A stretch of 37,256 nucleotides of DNA from a virus (Duplodnaviria > Caudoviricetes), in the IMG/VR virus record IMGVR_UViG_3300020325_000034, positions 1-37,256 of that record; one strand, written 5' to 3'. The notes under the pieces were generated by a model. That model was given only the letters and a program-made list of their open reading frames with translations. It was not told where the DNA came from and ran no database searches. The translations under genes were made by a program, and so were the position numbers. Positions 27,469 through 36,639 of this stretch are shown piece by piece. Each line of letters starts with the position of its first letter. The stretch's first letter is position 1.

Positions 27469-27696
27469 TTAATCGTCATAAACTAGACATTCTGGTTCGG
27501 ATGGATTCTGATCGCAATAAAGCTCAAGTGCAGTTGGATCGTGATGGTCACCTCCCTCGATCTCTGCCTTATGGTGCTCTACATATTCTTCCAAATCATG
27601 CAATTCGCCTTCGATGTGACGACGTTGCTGAGGAGAGGTCATAGGATTCTGAAGAATCTCTTTGTCCTTGGCGATGTGTGCTTCGATGTTTTCCAT
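27469..27696 (-). CDS. cp12: CP12 Calvin-cycle inhibitor (phage type)
   Basis: C-terminal LELYCDQNPSEPECLVYDD motif, strong AGGAGG SD; the N-terminal Cys pair is absent. Confidence 0.93.
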   Translation of the reverse strand: MENIEAHIAKDKEILQNPMTSPQQRRHIEGELHDLEEYVEHHKAEIEGGDHHDPTALELYCDQNPSEPECLVYDD

Positions 27697-27715
27697 AGGT
27701 TAATACCTCCTTTGT

Positions 27716-29104
27716 TTATTTAGTGCCATGGCTAGACTCTGATTCTAGATCACCATATGAGTCTCGCATTAATCTTAATGTTGTCGTAAACCTTCCGTTG
27801 GTAGATTCTGTGCTGTCATAAGAGTGAGTAACTTCTCCAATTAGATAAACACCGCTACTCTCAGGATCATATGGTTCTCGTTCTACTCTCTTTCCTGGGG
27901 TTTTATTGACCAGTTTAATGTTAATCTTATCTCCTGCACAAATCTCTGAGTTGCCAGGGATAACAATAGTTCCTACCTGATGTTTTAATAGTTCATATCT
28001 CATCAAAGATTGGGTTGCAAAATGCTTGTGGAAATCGCAATATTCATTTGGTTTATCTGAACCGTCTGCCTCCTCATACGATGCGATTGCTGGTTCATTA
28101 TACCACGATTCATGATCTAAAAGTGTGGATACAATTCTTGTAGGATAATCTGAAACAGACTTATCGCCAAATTTAATAAGAGATGGTGTATTCTGTGATC
28201 CAAGGTGCTTCATATCTTTGTAAGCATCCTCGACACTATAATGATACTCACTGTATTGACCAGTAGAGTGATTGAAGAATACAATGAGACTAGAATACTT
28301 ACCTTTTCTCATTGCTGACATAACATCAACTTCAGCATTAAAAATTGCTTGAGAGATGGTCATTCTATCGTCAGCACCATCACCCTGGTTTGCTGGTTTT
28401 TCGATGTATGGTCCCCATGTCTCATCTCTATCAATCATAGTATCAACAGAGAAGAAATTGTATCCTCTCTTTGTCTCCCAGAATAAGAATCCTGCGGTTC
28501 CACCAATCTTTTCTTTTTCAGTCTTTGCTTGCTTGCCTTTACCAGATCCTGGTGTTTTTGTGCCACTACTAGGAACAGACTTCACTGCAATAGAAGAGAT
28601 AATATCAAAAGGTCTCCTATTTGTGGGGAGCATCTTGATAGCAAACTCAGGAGACTCAGAGAAGAATTCTTTTTCTGAATTCAAGTTCTCTTTTAAAATT
28701 TTCCCAACAATAGAGTCTGGTTTTCCTTCTAATCTATTGATCAATCTAACACACTCATTATTGAGCGCCTCTACAGATATCAGACCTAGTGTGTATGACT
28801 GTACTTGGTTTTTGGCATATCTATTTCCAACCTTCCATACTTGGAACACATACTCTTCTGCATCTTCTTTAGAACTTGTCTGACAAACGATCTTAACAGT
28901 TTCTCCACCCTGAACAGGGAGATCTGCTAACAATCCAGCACTATCAACAACTGTTAATGTAGCAGCACGGAATGGACTAGTGATACTCTCAACATAGTTA
29001 AATGTACCAACCATTTGCTTGATCTCATATCCCTTATCCTCACCAAGTTTTGCAATAACAACACTCTTGAGATGAAAGTCTGTTATGTTCTGAAATTGAT
29101 CCAT
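27716..29104 (-). CDS. Baseplate hub/tail protein (gp27-like)
   Basis: ESITSPF...D, FLFWETKRGYNFFSVD, IPGNS...GD.I, SGVYLI..VTH motifs; positioned between the tape-measure-like gene and gp5. Confidence 0.65.
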   Translation of the reverse strand: MDQFQNITDFHLKSVVIAKLGEDKGYEIKQMVGTFNYVESITSPFRAATLTVVDSAGLLADLPVQGGETVKIVCQTSSKEDAEEYVFQVWKVGNRYAKNQVQSYTLGLISVEALNNECVRLINRLEGKPDSIVGKILKENLNSEKEFFSESPEFAIKMLPTNRRPFDIISSIAVKSVPSSGTKTPGSGKGKQAKTEKEKIGGTAGFLFWETKRGYNFFSVDTMIDRDETWGPYIEKPANQGDGADDRMTISQAIFNAEVDVMSAMRKGKYSSLIVFFNHSTGQYSEYHYSVEDAYKDMKHLGSQNTPSLIKFGDKSVSDYPTRIVSTLLDHESWYNEPAIASYEEADGSDKPNEYCDFHKHFATQSLMRYELLKHQVGTIVIPGNSEICAGDKINIKLVNKTPGKRVEREPYDPESSGVYLIGEVTHSYDSTESTNGRFTTTLRLMRDSYGDLESESSHGTK

Positions 29105-31992
29105 TATCCTAGTGCTCTAATTTTTAGGTCTTGGAACACTTCAGTTCCAGTTGATGACATGCCAGGAGCAGCAGATACACCGTTTGGATTAACACCATTC
29201 TGCTGTTGTCCTCCACCATAGTAATTATTAATAACAGTAGGTGCTGCTGCAGGAGCAGTAGAAGCAGATGCTACCTGTGCTGATGTAGCCATGATTGGTG
29301 TACCTGTATTTGGTGCTGCTGGTGCTGCGGAAATAGGACCAGGAGTAGGACCAGGAGTAGCACTAGCACTAGACAACACATTTGCTGACAAAGCAGACAA
29401 TCCAGCATTCTGGAACATTTGTGCTTTTTGTTCTGCTGTTAATGGTGGTGGAGCAGCACCAGGAGCTGCTGCTTGTGTAGTAGATACTGCCTGCTGACCT
29501 GGCATTCTATACAACGCACCAACACCACCATAATATCTGTTATATCCTTCTGCTGTAGATGACCAACTCATCGATGCTTTACCAGATGAGTTAGATAGGA
29601 TCATTTGACTATCAGTTGCAACACCAATGTGTGCTTGTGGTGGAGACTTCCGATCCTTCATGACAAATACATCGCCAGGTTGTTGCTGATCATATGGAAC
29701 TTGCTGCCAACCTGCATTAATCATCGATTTCTCAGCATCAGGAACATAAAGCGATGATCCCCAAGGTGGCGTAATACCTGCTTTGTTGAATACTTTATTT
29801 ACAGCATAAACACAACCATTCTGACCGCCATCAGGACCATCTGCTGTGCTCATGCCCTTGAGACTTTGTGCTGCTGCAGCAAGATTCTGACTACCAGCGC
29901 CTGGGGCAGATGCTTGGAATGGTGATCCAGATCCCTTAAGTGCAGCTAACTGATCTGTGACCGAAGAGAAACTAGTCAACGACTTGTTAGTTCCAACTCC
30001 ATCATAATATCCTCTACCAGATGCATCTTGAGGGAGTGCTGCCCACTCCATAGAGAGGTTTTTAGCAAATTGATCTTGAGTAATCTTACCAGACATAAAG
30101 TCGTCGATACCTCTTCTCTTAAGAAGCAACTCAAAGATCTTATCTTGACCTGCCTGATCAAACTTAAATGATGATGTATCGATACCAGCATTCTTAAGAA
30201 CTTCGCTAGCAGTTCTCATCTGGATCTGATAACGACCCATTGCAAACTGACCACCTTTTTCTGACATCAACTCATCAATAGTCTTATTAAGAACAGATGC
30301 ATCTTGTGCTCCACCAACCATCTTGGTATAGTCATTTCCAGATTCTAAACCACCAATAAATTCAGCGAGTCCACCAGTAGAAACTGGTGATAGGTTATTT
30401 TGTTGACTACCTGTACCAAATATATTATTAAGTGTACTTCCTACGAAGTTGCCTGCTTTATCAAGCAATCCACCTACAAGAGGACCAAAAATTCCCTTGA
30501 AAATAGGTCCAAGAATATTACCAAATGCCTTGAAACCGTCTTTTTCTTGGAAGTATCTCTTAAGACCTAGAGACTGAAGATCTGCATATTCTTGTTTTCC
30601 TTTTCTTTGTGCTTCCAGAATACCTTCACCCATCATTAAGAAGGTGTCTCTACCACGCTTTCCTTCTAATGGGAATACACCTTCCTTACCTGCCTCACCC
30701 ATCAGGGCATTGGTGGGTTCTGTAATAATACCACCTTTTGCAAATGGGGTCATGCCCATGTCTCTTGCTGCTAGGGCAGCATCAATTCCAACAGAACCTG
30801 CAGTACCAATACCAGGAATAGTAGATGCAGCACCTGATGCTAACTCAAGACCAGCACCAAGGAAATCACCTTCCATTGCTCTTTGAGCAGCAAAAATAGC
30901 ACCAAGTCCTAATCCTACGAGTGGGATCTTCTTACCAGCAGACTTAGCAATAGCACCTGCACCAATCTTGGCAGCACCCTTGACACCTAGTTTTGTAGCA
31001 GCTTTTGATCCATATTTACTCGCTGCCTTTGCTGCTGCTCTACCTCCATACTTTGCCGCGATACGTGTTCCTACACGCCCTGCTCCACGCTTACCAACTG
31101 CTTTAACGAGTGCTCCAGTGGCAGCTTTGCCACCAATACCAAGTCCAGGACCGCCTTTACCTCCACCTTTACCACCAGCAGCAGCAAGTCGCGCAAATCT
31201 ATCTGCTTTTAAGAATGAAGAAAGGTCAGAACCCTTCTCTAGTGATTTTTCCTCTCCTCTAGCAAGTGCTCTACTTGCTAACTTATCTGATTGAGCTTGT
31301 TGCTCATTATGCATCGATTGCTGACTTACTGTCTGCTCTTTTGTTAAATCAGCAAGACGAACAATTACTTCAGTATTCTTATTGACAGCAGCGACAATAT
31401 CAGCACCACTGTCTGGTGTAATAGGAGGTGCTCCTTCTCCAGTTGGAGCAACACCTTTCGCACGGAGATTTGCTCTATAATCTCTTACAATAGTTTTTTG
31501 TTCTTCTGGAGATTTACCACTTGCACGTAGTTTCTCAATATCAAGTTCTCCAGTCTTACTGAAGAAACTACTATCTTTAATCCCTCCAGAAGGTGCAGAT
31601 ACACCTGGCACATTAGAATATGTACCACCTTTGCCAGCAGTGCCAGGAAGTCTTTTTGGACCACCAGGAGTTTCAACTTTTGCTCCTGTTTTTAAATCAA
31701 CGTTTATAGGGTTTTTTTCAATCTCTCCAGTAGCACCTTGCAGCATTTTAGGTGCTTTTCTGCCTGGGAGCATACCACCACCAACAGCAGTATTTTCACC
31801 AATATTACCTCTGCCAGCAACCTCTACACCACGTCTACCAGACCTGTAAGTGGTATCACGGTCCTTTTTAAATCTATCTCTGATATCTTTGAGAAGACCT
31901 TTAATATCATCGAGTTTTTCCTTAACCTCCTTGGAGTTCTTAAGGAAATTATCTCCCGTTACTGGTGATGGTGTTAGAAAACCGTGTGCCAT
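29104..31992 (-). CDS. Tape-measure-like protein with lysozyme-like and NlpC/P60-like domains
   Basis: Ala/Gly/Lys-rich helical region, FAKGGII...GEAGKE motif, ESGNDY...GRYQI...EWAALP domain, GCVYAV...PGDV...HIGV domain. Confidence 0.75.
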   Translation of the reverse strand: MAHGFLTPSPVTGDNFLKNSKEVKEKLDDIKGLLKDIRDRFKKDRDTTYRSGRRGVEVAGRGNIGENTAVGGGMLPGRKAPKMLQGATGEIEKNPINVDLKTGAKVETPGGPKRLPGTAGKGGTYSNVPGVSAPSGGIKDSSFFSKTGELDIEKLRASGKSPEEQKTIVRDYRANLRAKGVAPTGEGAPPITPDSGADIVAAVNKNTEVIVRLADLTKEQTVSQQSMHNEQQAQSDKLASRALARGEEKSLEKGSDLSSFLKADRFARLAAAGGKGGGKGGPGLGIGGKAATGALVKAVGKRGAGRVGTRIAAKYGGRAAAKAASKYGSKAATKLGVKGAAKIGAGAIAKSAGKKIPLVGLGLGAIFAAQRAMEGDFLGAGLELASGAASTIPGIGTAGSVGIDAALAARDMGMTPFAKGGIITEPTNALMGEAGKEGVFPLEGKRGRDTFLMMGEGILEAQRKGKQEYADLQSLGLKRYFQEKDGFKAFGNILGPIFKGIFGPLVGGLLDKAGNFVGSTLNNIFGTGSQQNNLSPVSTGGLAEFIGGLESGNDYTKMVGGAQDASVLNKTIDELMSEKGGQFAMGRYQIQMRTASEVLKNAGIDTSSFKFDQAGQDKIFELLLKRRGIDDFMSGKITQDQFAKNLSMEWAALPQDASGRGYYDGVGTNKSLTSFSSVTDQLAALKGSGSPFQASAPGAGSQNLAAAAQSLKGMSTADGPDGGQNGCVYAVNKVFNKAGITPPWGSSLYVPDAEKSMINAGWQQVPYDQQQPGDVFVMKDRKSPPQAHIGVATDSQMILSNSSGKASMSWSSTAEGYNRYYGGVGALYRMPGQQAVSTTQAAAPGAAPPPLTAEQKAQMFQNAGLSALSANVLSSASATPGPTPGPISAAPAAPNTGTPIMATSAQVASASTAPAAAPTVINNYYGGGQQQNGVNPNGVSAAPGMSSTGTEVFQDLKIRALG

Positions 31993-32162
31993 TACTGCCT
32001 TGCTGCTTTTTCTTGTTCTTGTTTGACTTGTTCTAAGTATTGCATGAGGAGACTAGTATAAACTTGTCTTTCCCAAGGCATCATATTCTCAATATCACTC
32101 AAATTATATTTATGATGCTGCATCAAGGCGAAGTTAGTCTTATAGTACCCTTCCATGGACAT
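31992..32162 (-). CDS. gp51: gp51-like baseplate hub assembly protein (56 aa); absent from the ORF track, possibly made as a frameshift fusion with gp26
   Basis: MSMEGYYKTNFALMQHHKYNLSDIENMMPWERQVYTSLL...; its TAA overlaps the next ATG. Confidence 0.85.
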   Translation of the reverse strand: MSMEGYYKTNFALMQHHKYNLSDIENMMPWERQVYTSLLMQYLEQVKQEQEKAARQ

Positions 32163-32173
32163 GTGGAAGAGTG

Positions 32174-32887
32174 CTATCCGAAAAAATTTGCTAACCCCTG
32201 AATAACCATTGTATTCTCAACTCCAGTGTTTGGATTTTTGATTACAATCTCATGTTTTAGGACTGGTGCAGTTTCAAAGAATTTTTCAACACTTTCAAAT
32301 TGCTTATTAGTCAGTCCTTCGACAAATTCAACAAATTCTTTCTTGGAAGTCGTAGAACTGTCATATACGTCTTCTGCGTCAAAAATTTGATCAATGCATT
32401 TTGCGATAATAGCAATAACGTCATCACCAGTGCTATTTTTGCCAGCAATAGAGACTTTGACGAATTCCTCAAATGAGGGATATTTCATAATTACGCCCAT
32501 CTCATCAGATAGCATAATTTTGCTGGAATGCCCTTCTGGTTTATCAACCTTGACATCTGCCAGATTGAGATTATAACGAACTTGCGTTTCGCCGTCATCT
32601 TCGCATGTTAGCATCATTTCCACAACTTCGCCAACTGACACAGCACGAATTTGTAGGAAAATATATTCTAGGTCAAAAATCGCCAAATCTTCGAGTTTCA
32701 CTCTAGACTGGATGCAATTTTTTAACAAAGTTCTTACTGCATCTTCAATCTGCTTATCATCTCCAGATTCGAGTGCAAGCAAAAGAACTTTTTCTTCTTT
32801 TACGACAAAAGGGCGATATTTGATTTTTTTGCCATTAGAAGGGATTTCCAACTCATAAGTTGGAAGAGCAATTTGTGGTAATGCCAT
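32174..32887 (-). CDS. gp26: gp26-like baseplate hub subunit/assembly chaperone
   Basis: LPTYELEIPS...YRPFVVKEEKVLL...FDLEYIFLQIRAVSVGE...GLANFF; CTAAATA at 32912..32918. Confidence 0.88.
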   Translation of the reverse strand: MALPQIALPTYELEIPSNGKKIKYRPFVVKEEKVLLLALESGDDKQIEDAVRTLLKNCIQSRVKLEDLAIFDLEYIFLQIRAVSVGEVVEMMLTCEDDGETQVRYNLNLADVKVDKPEGHSSKIMLSDEMGVIMKYPSFEEFVKVSIAGKNSTGDDVIAIIAKCIDQIFDAEDVYDSSTTSKKEFVEFVEGLTNKQFESVEKFFETAPVLKHEIVIKNPNTGVENTMVIQGLANFFG

Positions 32888-32921
32888 TATGTTTAGACCA
32901 GATCATATGTATATTTAGCGC

Positions 32922-32975
32922 GACTTTTTTACCCAAAAATTGGCGGAAAAAATTTTCCCACTTTTATGGAATTCA
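32922..32975. repeat. 54-bp dispersed direct repeat, copy 1
   Basis: 47/54 identical, without gaps, to 36586..36639. Confidence 0.9.
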
Positions 32976-33623
32976 ATTTACAATTCTGGCACCCATACCA
33001 CGAATGTCATTCTGAACTGTGTAGTGCTTAGAATAGGAGAACTGTGCTGTTACCTGAGTCAACTGACTTGATCCAAACTGCAGAGGTATAGCATCAATAG
33101 CATATGGATATGCCTCTTCTAAAACATATGTGATGGGAGTTCTTTCAACAGGACTATTACCACCCAGGTCTGTCTTTGAGATTAAGATTGTGCTAGAATA
33201 GTCGTCCTTATATTGCAATTTAATACTTCTATTCCTACCCCTAACAGAACTACCCGTATTACCTTGAACAGATCGAAGATCTTGTCCCGCTACTTCATCT
33301 CCACCTTCACTAAAGATAAAGTCATTCCAGTTTTGTAAGAACTTAAGTGCTGACATGTTAGCATCACACATGAATCCAAGTTGGATCTCTGTAAAGACTC
33401 TTGTGTGTGCATAACTTGTTTGTCCGCTACCAAGATACAATCCATTCTGATTGCCTTGTGCAGTATTAGTGTTAGGAAGCTGTGCTTCGCTACAGAACAT
33501 TTCAAAGTAATCCTCATCAACTGGCAGTCCTACAGGCGGATTGAGAAACTTCACCACAAAGTTATTACTGAACGACATTCCGCCGTTCGCTGCCATTGTT
33601 GTTAATAGGCGATCTATAGACAC
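32973..33623 (-). CDS. Tail tube-like/baseplate-tube initiator (gp54/gp19-like)
   Basis: CSEAQLP...F...D...WNDFI...Y...LEEAYPYAI...VTAQFSY tube-fold motifs; GTG start. Confidence 0.75.
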   Translation of the reverse strand: MSIDRLLTTMAANGGMSFSNNFVVKFLNPPVGLPVDEDYFEMFCSEAQLPNTNTAQGNQNGLYLGSGQTSYAHTRVFTEIQLGFMCDANMSALKFLQNWNDFIFSEGGDEVAGQDLRSVQGNTGSSVRGRNRSIKLQYKDDYSSTILISKTDLGGNSPVERTPITYVLEEAYPYAIDAIPLQFGSSQLTQVTAQFSYSKHYTVQNDIRGMGARIVN

Positions 33624-33624
33624 G

Positions 33625-33656
33625 CTAAATACCTACGTTGGTCCTACTATATTTAT
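33625..33656. promoter_or_regulatory. Pair of opposed late promoters: CTAAATA (+, 33625..33631) and ATAAATA (-, 33650..33656)
   Basis: Each motif lies about 25 bp upstream of one of the two divergent structural genes. Confidence 0.6.
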
Positions 33657-34086
33657 GGCGTACTCTGGGATTTATAAACCTACCCATCCTAAGAAGTACC
33701 GTGGCAACCCATCAAACATCATCTATAGATCGTTATGGGAACGTAAGTTCATGGTGTTCTGTGATAGTAATCCCTCCATTTTGGAGTGGGGTAGTGAAGA
33801 GGTTATTATACCATACAGGGCACCTGATGGTAAGTTGAGACGATACTTTCCAGACTTCTATATTAAGGTACGTGAAAAGTCAGGTAAGATAACAAAATAT
33901 ATTATTGAAGTAAAACCCAAAAAGCAAACAAAACCACCGAATGACAAAAACAAAAAAACTGCTGCCTATCGTAATGCTGCACTGACTTACGCAAAGAACC
34001 AAACTAAGTGGTCTGCTGCGCGAGAGTATTGTGAAGACAGGCAGATGAACTTCTTAATACTAACCGAAGATCACTTAGGAGTCTAG
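33655..34086 (+). CDS. gp4: Head completion nuclease gp4 (TnsA-like)
   Basis: MAYSG.YKP..P.KY.G....IIYRSLWE...WGSEE..IPY...RYFPDF...IEVKP; the start was moved to ATG 33655. Confidence 0.92.
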   Translation: MAYSGIYKPTHPKKYRGNPSNIIYRSLWERKFMVFCDSNPSILEWGSEEVIIPYRAPDGKLRRYFPDFYIKVREKSGKITKYIIEVKPKKQTKPPNDKNKKTAAYRNAALTYAKNQTKWSAAREYCEDRQMNFLILTEDHLGV

Positions 34087-34090
34087 AACA

Positions 34091-34777
34091 ATGGCAACAG
34101 GATTCGCCTCAGTCCAGCGCAATGCTGTAAATAAAGATCCAGGATACAAAACACTCTTCGAGAGAGTGAATGCTGCTACAGCAGGAGAGAAGAAGTCTCT
34201 CTCATGGTATAGATCAGCAGTTAAGTCTGAAGCAAGTAGATACAAAAAGAACTTTAAAAAGTATATCTTAGATGAACGAGCAGACAGAGTAGGTGCTGCT
34301 AAAGAGCAAGATTCAAATGAACTAAGAAAATATACAGTAGCAGGTCATCTGTATATGTTTGAGTATAAGGCAAAGATGAGATGGTTGCCTTACTATGACA
34401 GATTCCCTCTAGTGTATGTAATTAAGTCATCTAAATCAGAATTCTGGGGTGCTAACTTACACTACCTATCACCCAAGAAAAGAATTATTGCAACTAAAAA
34501 ATTGATGCAGGGTAGAATTGACATACCCAAGAAGTGTTTCCATAAATATCTACACCCCCATGTAGATGGATTATATTTAGATCTCGCTGCTAGTGAATGG
34601 GACACTGCCATTCTCCTACCAACAGCAGATTTTGTGAAAGACCTTAATGGAATGGTGTTCCCGATCGACCAACAGGTTGTGTGGGAAGAGACAGATGATG
34701 CTTTTTACGATAAGATTAAAGGTCAAAGACTCATCAAAGGTTATGGAACAAAACAATCAAAGGAGATGTCTAAGTAA
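34091..34777 (+). CDS. gp2: DNA end protector protein gp2
   Basis: LYMFEYKAK...LPYYDRFPLV...FWGANLHYL...HKYL motifs. Confidence 0.88.
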   Translation: MATGFASVQRNAVNKDPGYKTLFERVNAATAGEKKSLSWYRSAVKSEASRYKKNFKKYILDERADRVGAAKEQDSNELRKYTVAGHLYMFEYKAKMRWLPYYDRFPLVYVIKSSKSEFWGANLHYLSPKKRIIATKKLMQGRIDIPKKCFHKYLHPHVDGLYLDLAASEWDTAILLPTADFVKDLNGMVFPIDQQVVWEETDDAFYDKIKGQRLIKGYGTKQSKEMSK

Positions 34778-35958
34778 TGGCTTTAGGGAGTTGGAGAGTA
34801 GATCCAGTTGAAAATTACGAATTACAAGCTGAGCACCAACGTAAAACATTTACTGGTAGGAATGCTAAGCCACCTTTTCCCCCGATCAAAGACACTGATA
34901 AGGTTGGCGATCTGACAACTACCCGTGTTGCAAATCGTAATGGCAAGATAGCATACTGGAGATTTAATGGACAAACGTGGTCTAAAATTACAAAGACTCA
35001 ATTTAAAAGTGCTCAGTTAGAAGCAAAAAGAACAAGACAAAACTATGATACTCTAACAGCAGGAGATGTTCCTGCTGATATTTTAAGATACCCAGAAGAT
35101 GTTGCTCTTGGTGAAACTGATTATGTTTTGTTTGAATTCTATGAATACAAACCACCTTTCCAAGGTCTTAACAAAGACGGTGAAAACAATACGATGGGTG
35201 GTCTGGCTCAATACAATCAGTCTGCTACAGATGCAGCATTCTATGAAAAAACTAGTGGTGTCCCATCAGTAGTCCTTTACATGCCAGAGGATATATCTAC
35301 TGGATACAAAGCAAACTGGAGTGGTAAATCTTTTAGTAATGTAGGTAGAGATGTTCTAGGTGTTGCAGGAGCTGATTTAAAAAATGCTGCAGCAAACATT
35401 GGAAGAGTCGCTGATACTGGTATCAATCAACTCCTCCCCAATGCAGCAACAACTGCAATTCAAGAAGTAATTAGTAAAATTACTGGAGAACAAATTGATA
35501 GAAATGATATTACAGGGTCAACTAGAGGTGTTATTCTAAACCCAAACGTTGAACTATTATTTGGTGGTATTGATCTAAGGAACTTCCAATTGAATTTTAA
35601 ACTAGTTCCAAGGAAGCAATCAGAGGCAGTTATGAATAAACAGATTGTGAATTCATTCAGAAAAGCAATGCTACCAAATTTTGCTTTAGGTAATGAATTA
35701 AATTTCTCAAGTTCTGATGCTACCTCAAGAAACTACATCAAAGTTCCTAACGTTTGTAAAGTCTCGTTTATGCGTGGTGGATCATTAAATACAGATGTAG
35801 CACAATATAAAATGTGTGCTATCACTCAGGTAGATGTAAATTATACACCAGATGGAACCTATGCTACCTATGAAGGTGGTGAGATGGTTGCTGTTGGATT
35901 AACTCTGAACTTCCAAGAGACAAAACTCATATTCGCAGACGAGGTAGAGCAATACTGA
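34777..35958 (+). CDS. gp48: Baseplate tail tube cap gp48
   Basis: LRYP, LYMP, NPNVELLF.G..LRNF...FKLVPR...EA, VNYTPDG, LNFQETK. Confidence 0.88.
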   Translation: MALGSWRVDPVENYELQAEHQRKTFTGRNAKPPFPPIKDTDKVGDLTTTRVANRNGKIAYWRFNGQTWSKITKTQFKSAQLEAKRTRQNYDTLTAGDVPADILRYPEDVALGETDYVLFEFYEYKPPFQGLNKDGENNTMGGLAQYNQSATDAAFYEKTSGVPSVVLYMPEDISTGYKANWSGKSFSNVGRDVLGVAGADLKNAAANIGRVADTGINQLLPNAATTAIQEVISKITGEQIDRNDITGSTRGVILNPNVELLFGGIDLRNFQLNFKLVPRKQSEAVMNKQIVNSFRKAMLPNFALGNELNFSSSDATSRNYIKVPNVCKVSFMRGGSLNTDVAQYKMCAITQVDVNYTPDGTYATYEGGEMVAVGLTLNFQETKLIFADEVEQY

Positions 35959-36587
35959 TGTACTTTTCACTAGTTCCCAACATCGAGTACGATGAAAAAC
36001 CAATCAAGTATCCGTTCTCGGAATCTGATTACGTCGTAGCAAAGAACTTCTTCCGCAGATTCACTGTCAATGAAGATATATTCTCCTATGCAGTGCTGTT
36101 CAATCAATATACCATTGTCGAAGGTGAGAGACCAGACATTATTGCTGAGAGAGCATACGGAGATCCATTCTATGATTGGGTTGTTCTAATCACAAACAAC
36201 ATGGTCAATGCACAATACGATTGGCCTATGTCAAACAGGGAACTATCAAATGTATTGATGCGTGAGTATGAGGATCCTTATTCAGAGATCCATCACTATG
36301 AGACATACAAGATCGGACAATACAATAAAGGACTACATGTAGATGAGACATTCTACAATGGTATTCACAAGGTGAATATCGATGGTAAAATTGAAATAAA
36401 AAACGGCAACGAGATTGCAAAACCCGTCACCGTAATTGAATATTATACTTTGGAGAATGAGAAGAAGAGACAAATCTATCTTCTCAAACCCAAATATTTT
36501 AGACAGTTTGTAGACGAATTTAAAAAGAGAAACTTTTATAAAAGGTCTAACAACTTTATCTCGCAGAGACTAAAGAAAACTGGTTGA
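35958..36587 (+). CDS. gp53: Baseplate wedge subunit gp53
   Basis: MYFSLVPNIEY, GERPDIIAERAYGDPFYDWVVLITNN, IHHYET, ENEKKRQIYLLKP. Confidence 0.9.
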   Translation: MYFSLVPNIEYDEKPIKYPFSESDYVVAKNFFRRFTVNEDIFSYAVLFNQYTIVEGERPDIIAERAYGDPFYDWVVLITNNMVNAQYDWPMSNRELSNVLMREYEDPYSEIHHYETYKIGQYNKGLHVDETFYNGIHKVNIDGKIEIKNGNEIAKPVTVIEYYTLENEKKRQIYLLKPKYFRQFVDEFKKRNFYKRSNNFISQRLKKTG

Positions 36588-36639
36588 CTTTTCTAGCAAA
36601 AAATTAGCGGGAAAAATTTTTCCAGTTTTATGGAATTCA
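36586..36639. repeat. 54-bp dispersed direct repeat, copy 2
   Basis: 47/54 identical to 32922..32975; contains the perfect palindrome GGAAAAATTTTTCC. Confidence 0.9.

Noticed and set aside
28356-28883. 175-aa plus-strand ORF
   Set aside because: It is antisense to the hub gene, has no recognisable motif, and no promoter or RBS was noticed.
33655-34086. TnsA-like nuclease as a sign of a transposon or homing endonuclease
   Set aside because: It matches the core T4 gp4 head completion protein in its usual neighbourhood.
32922-36639. The 54-bp repeats as a CRISPR array or mobile element ends
   Set aside because: There are only two copies, 3.6 kb apart, flanking core virion genes, with no cas, transposase or integrase gene.
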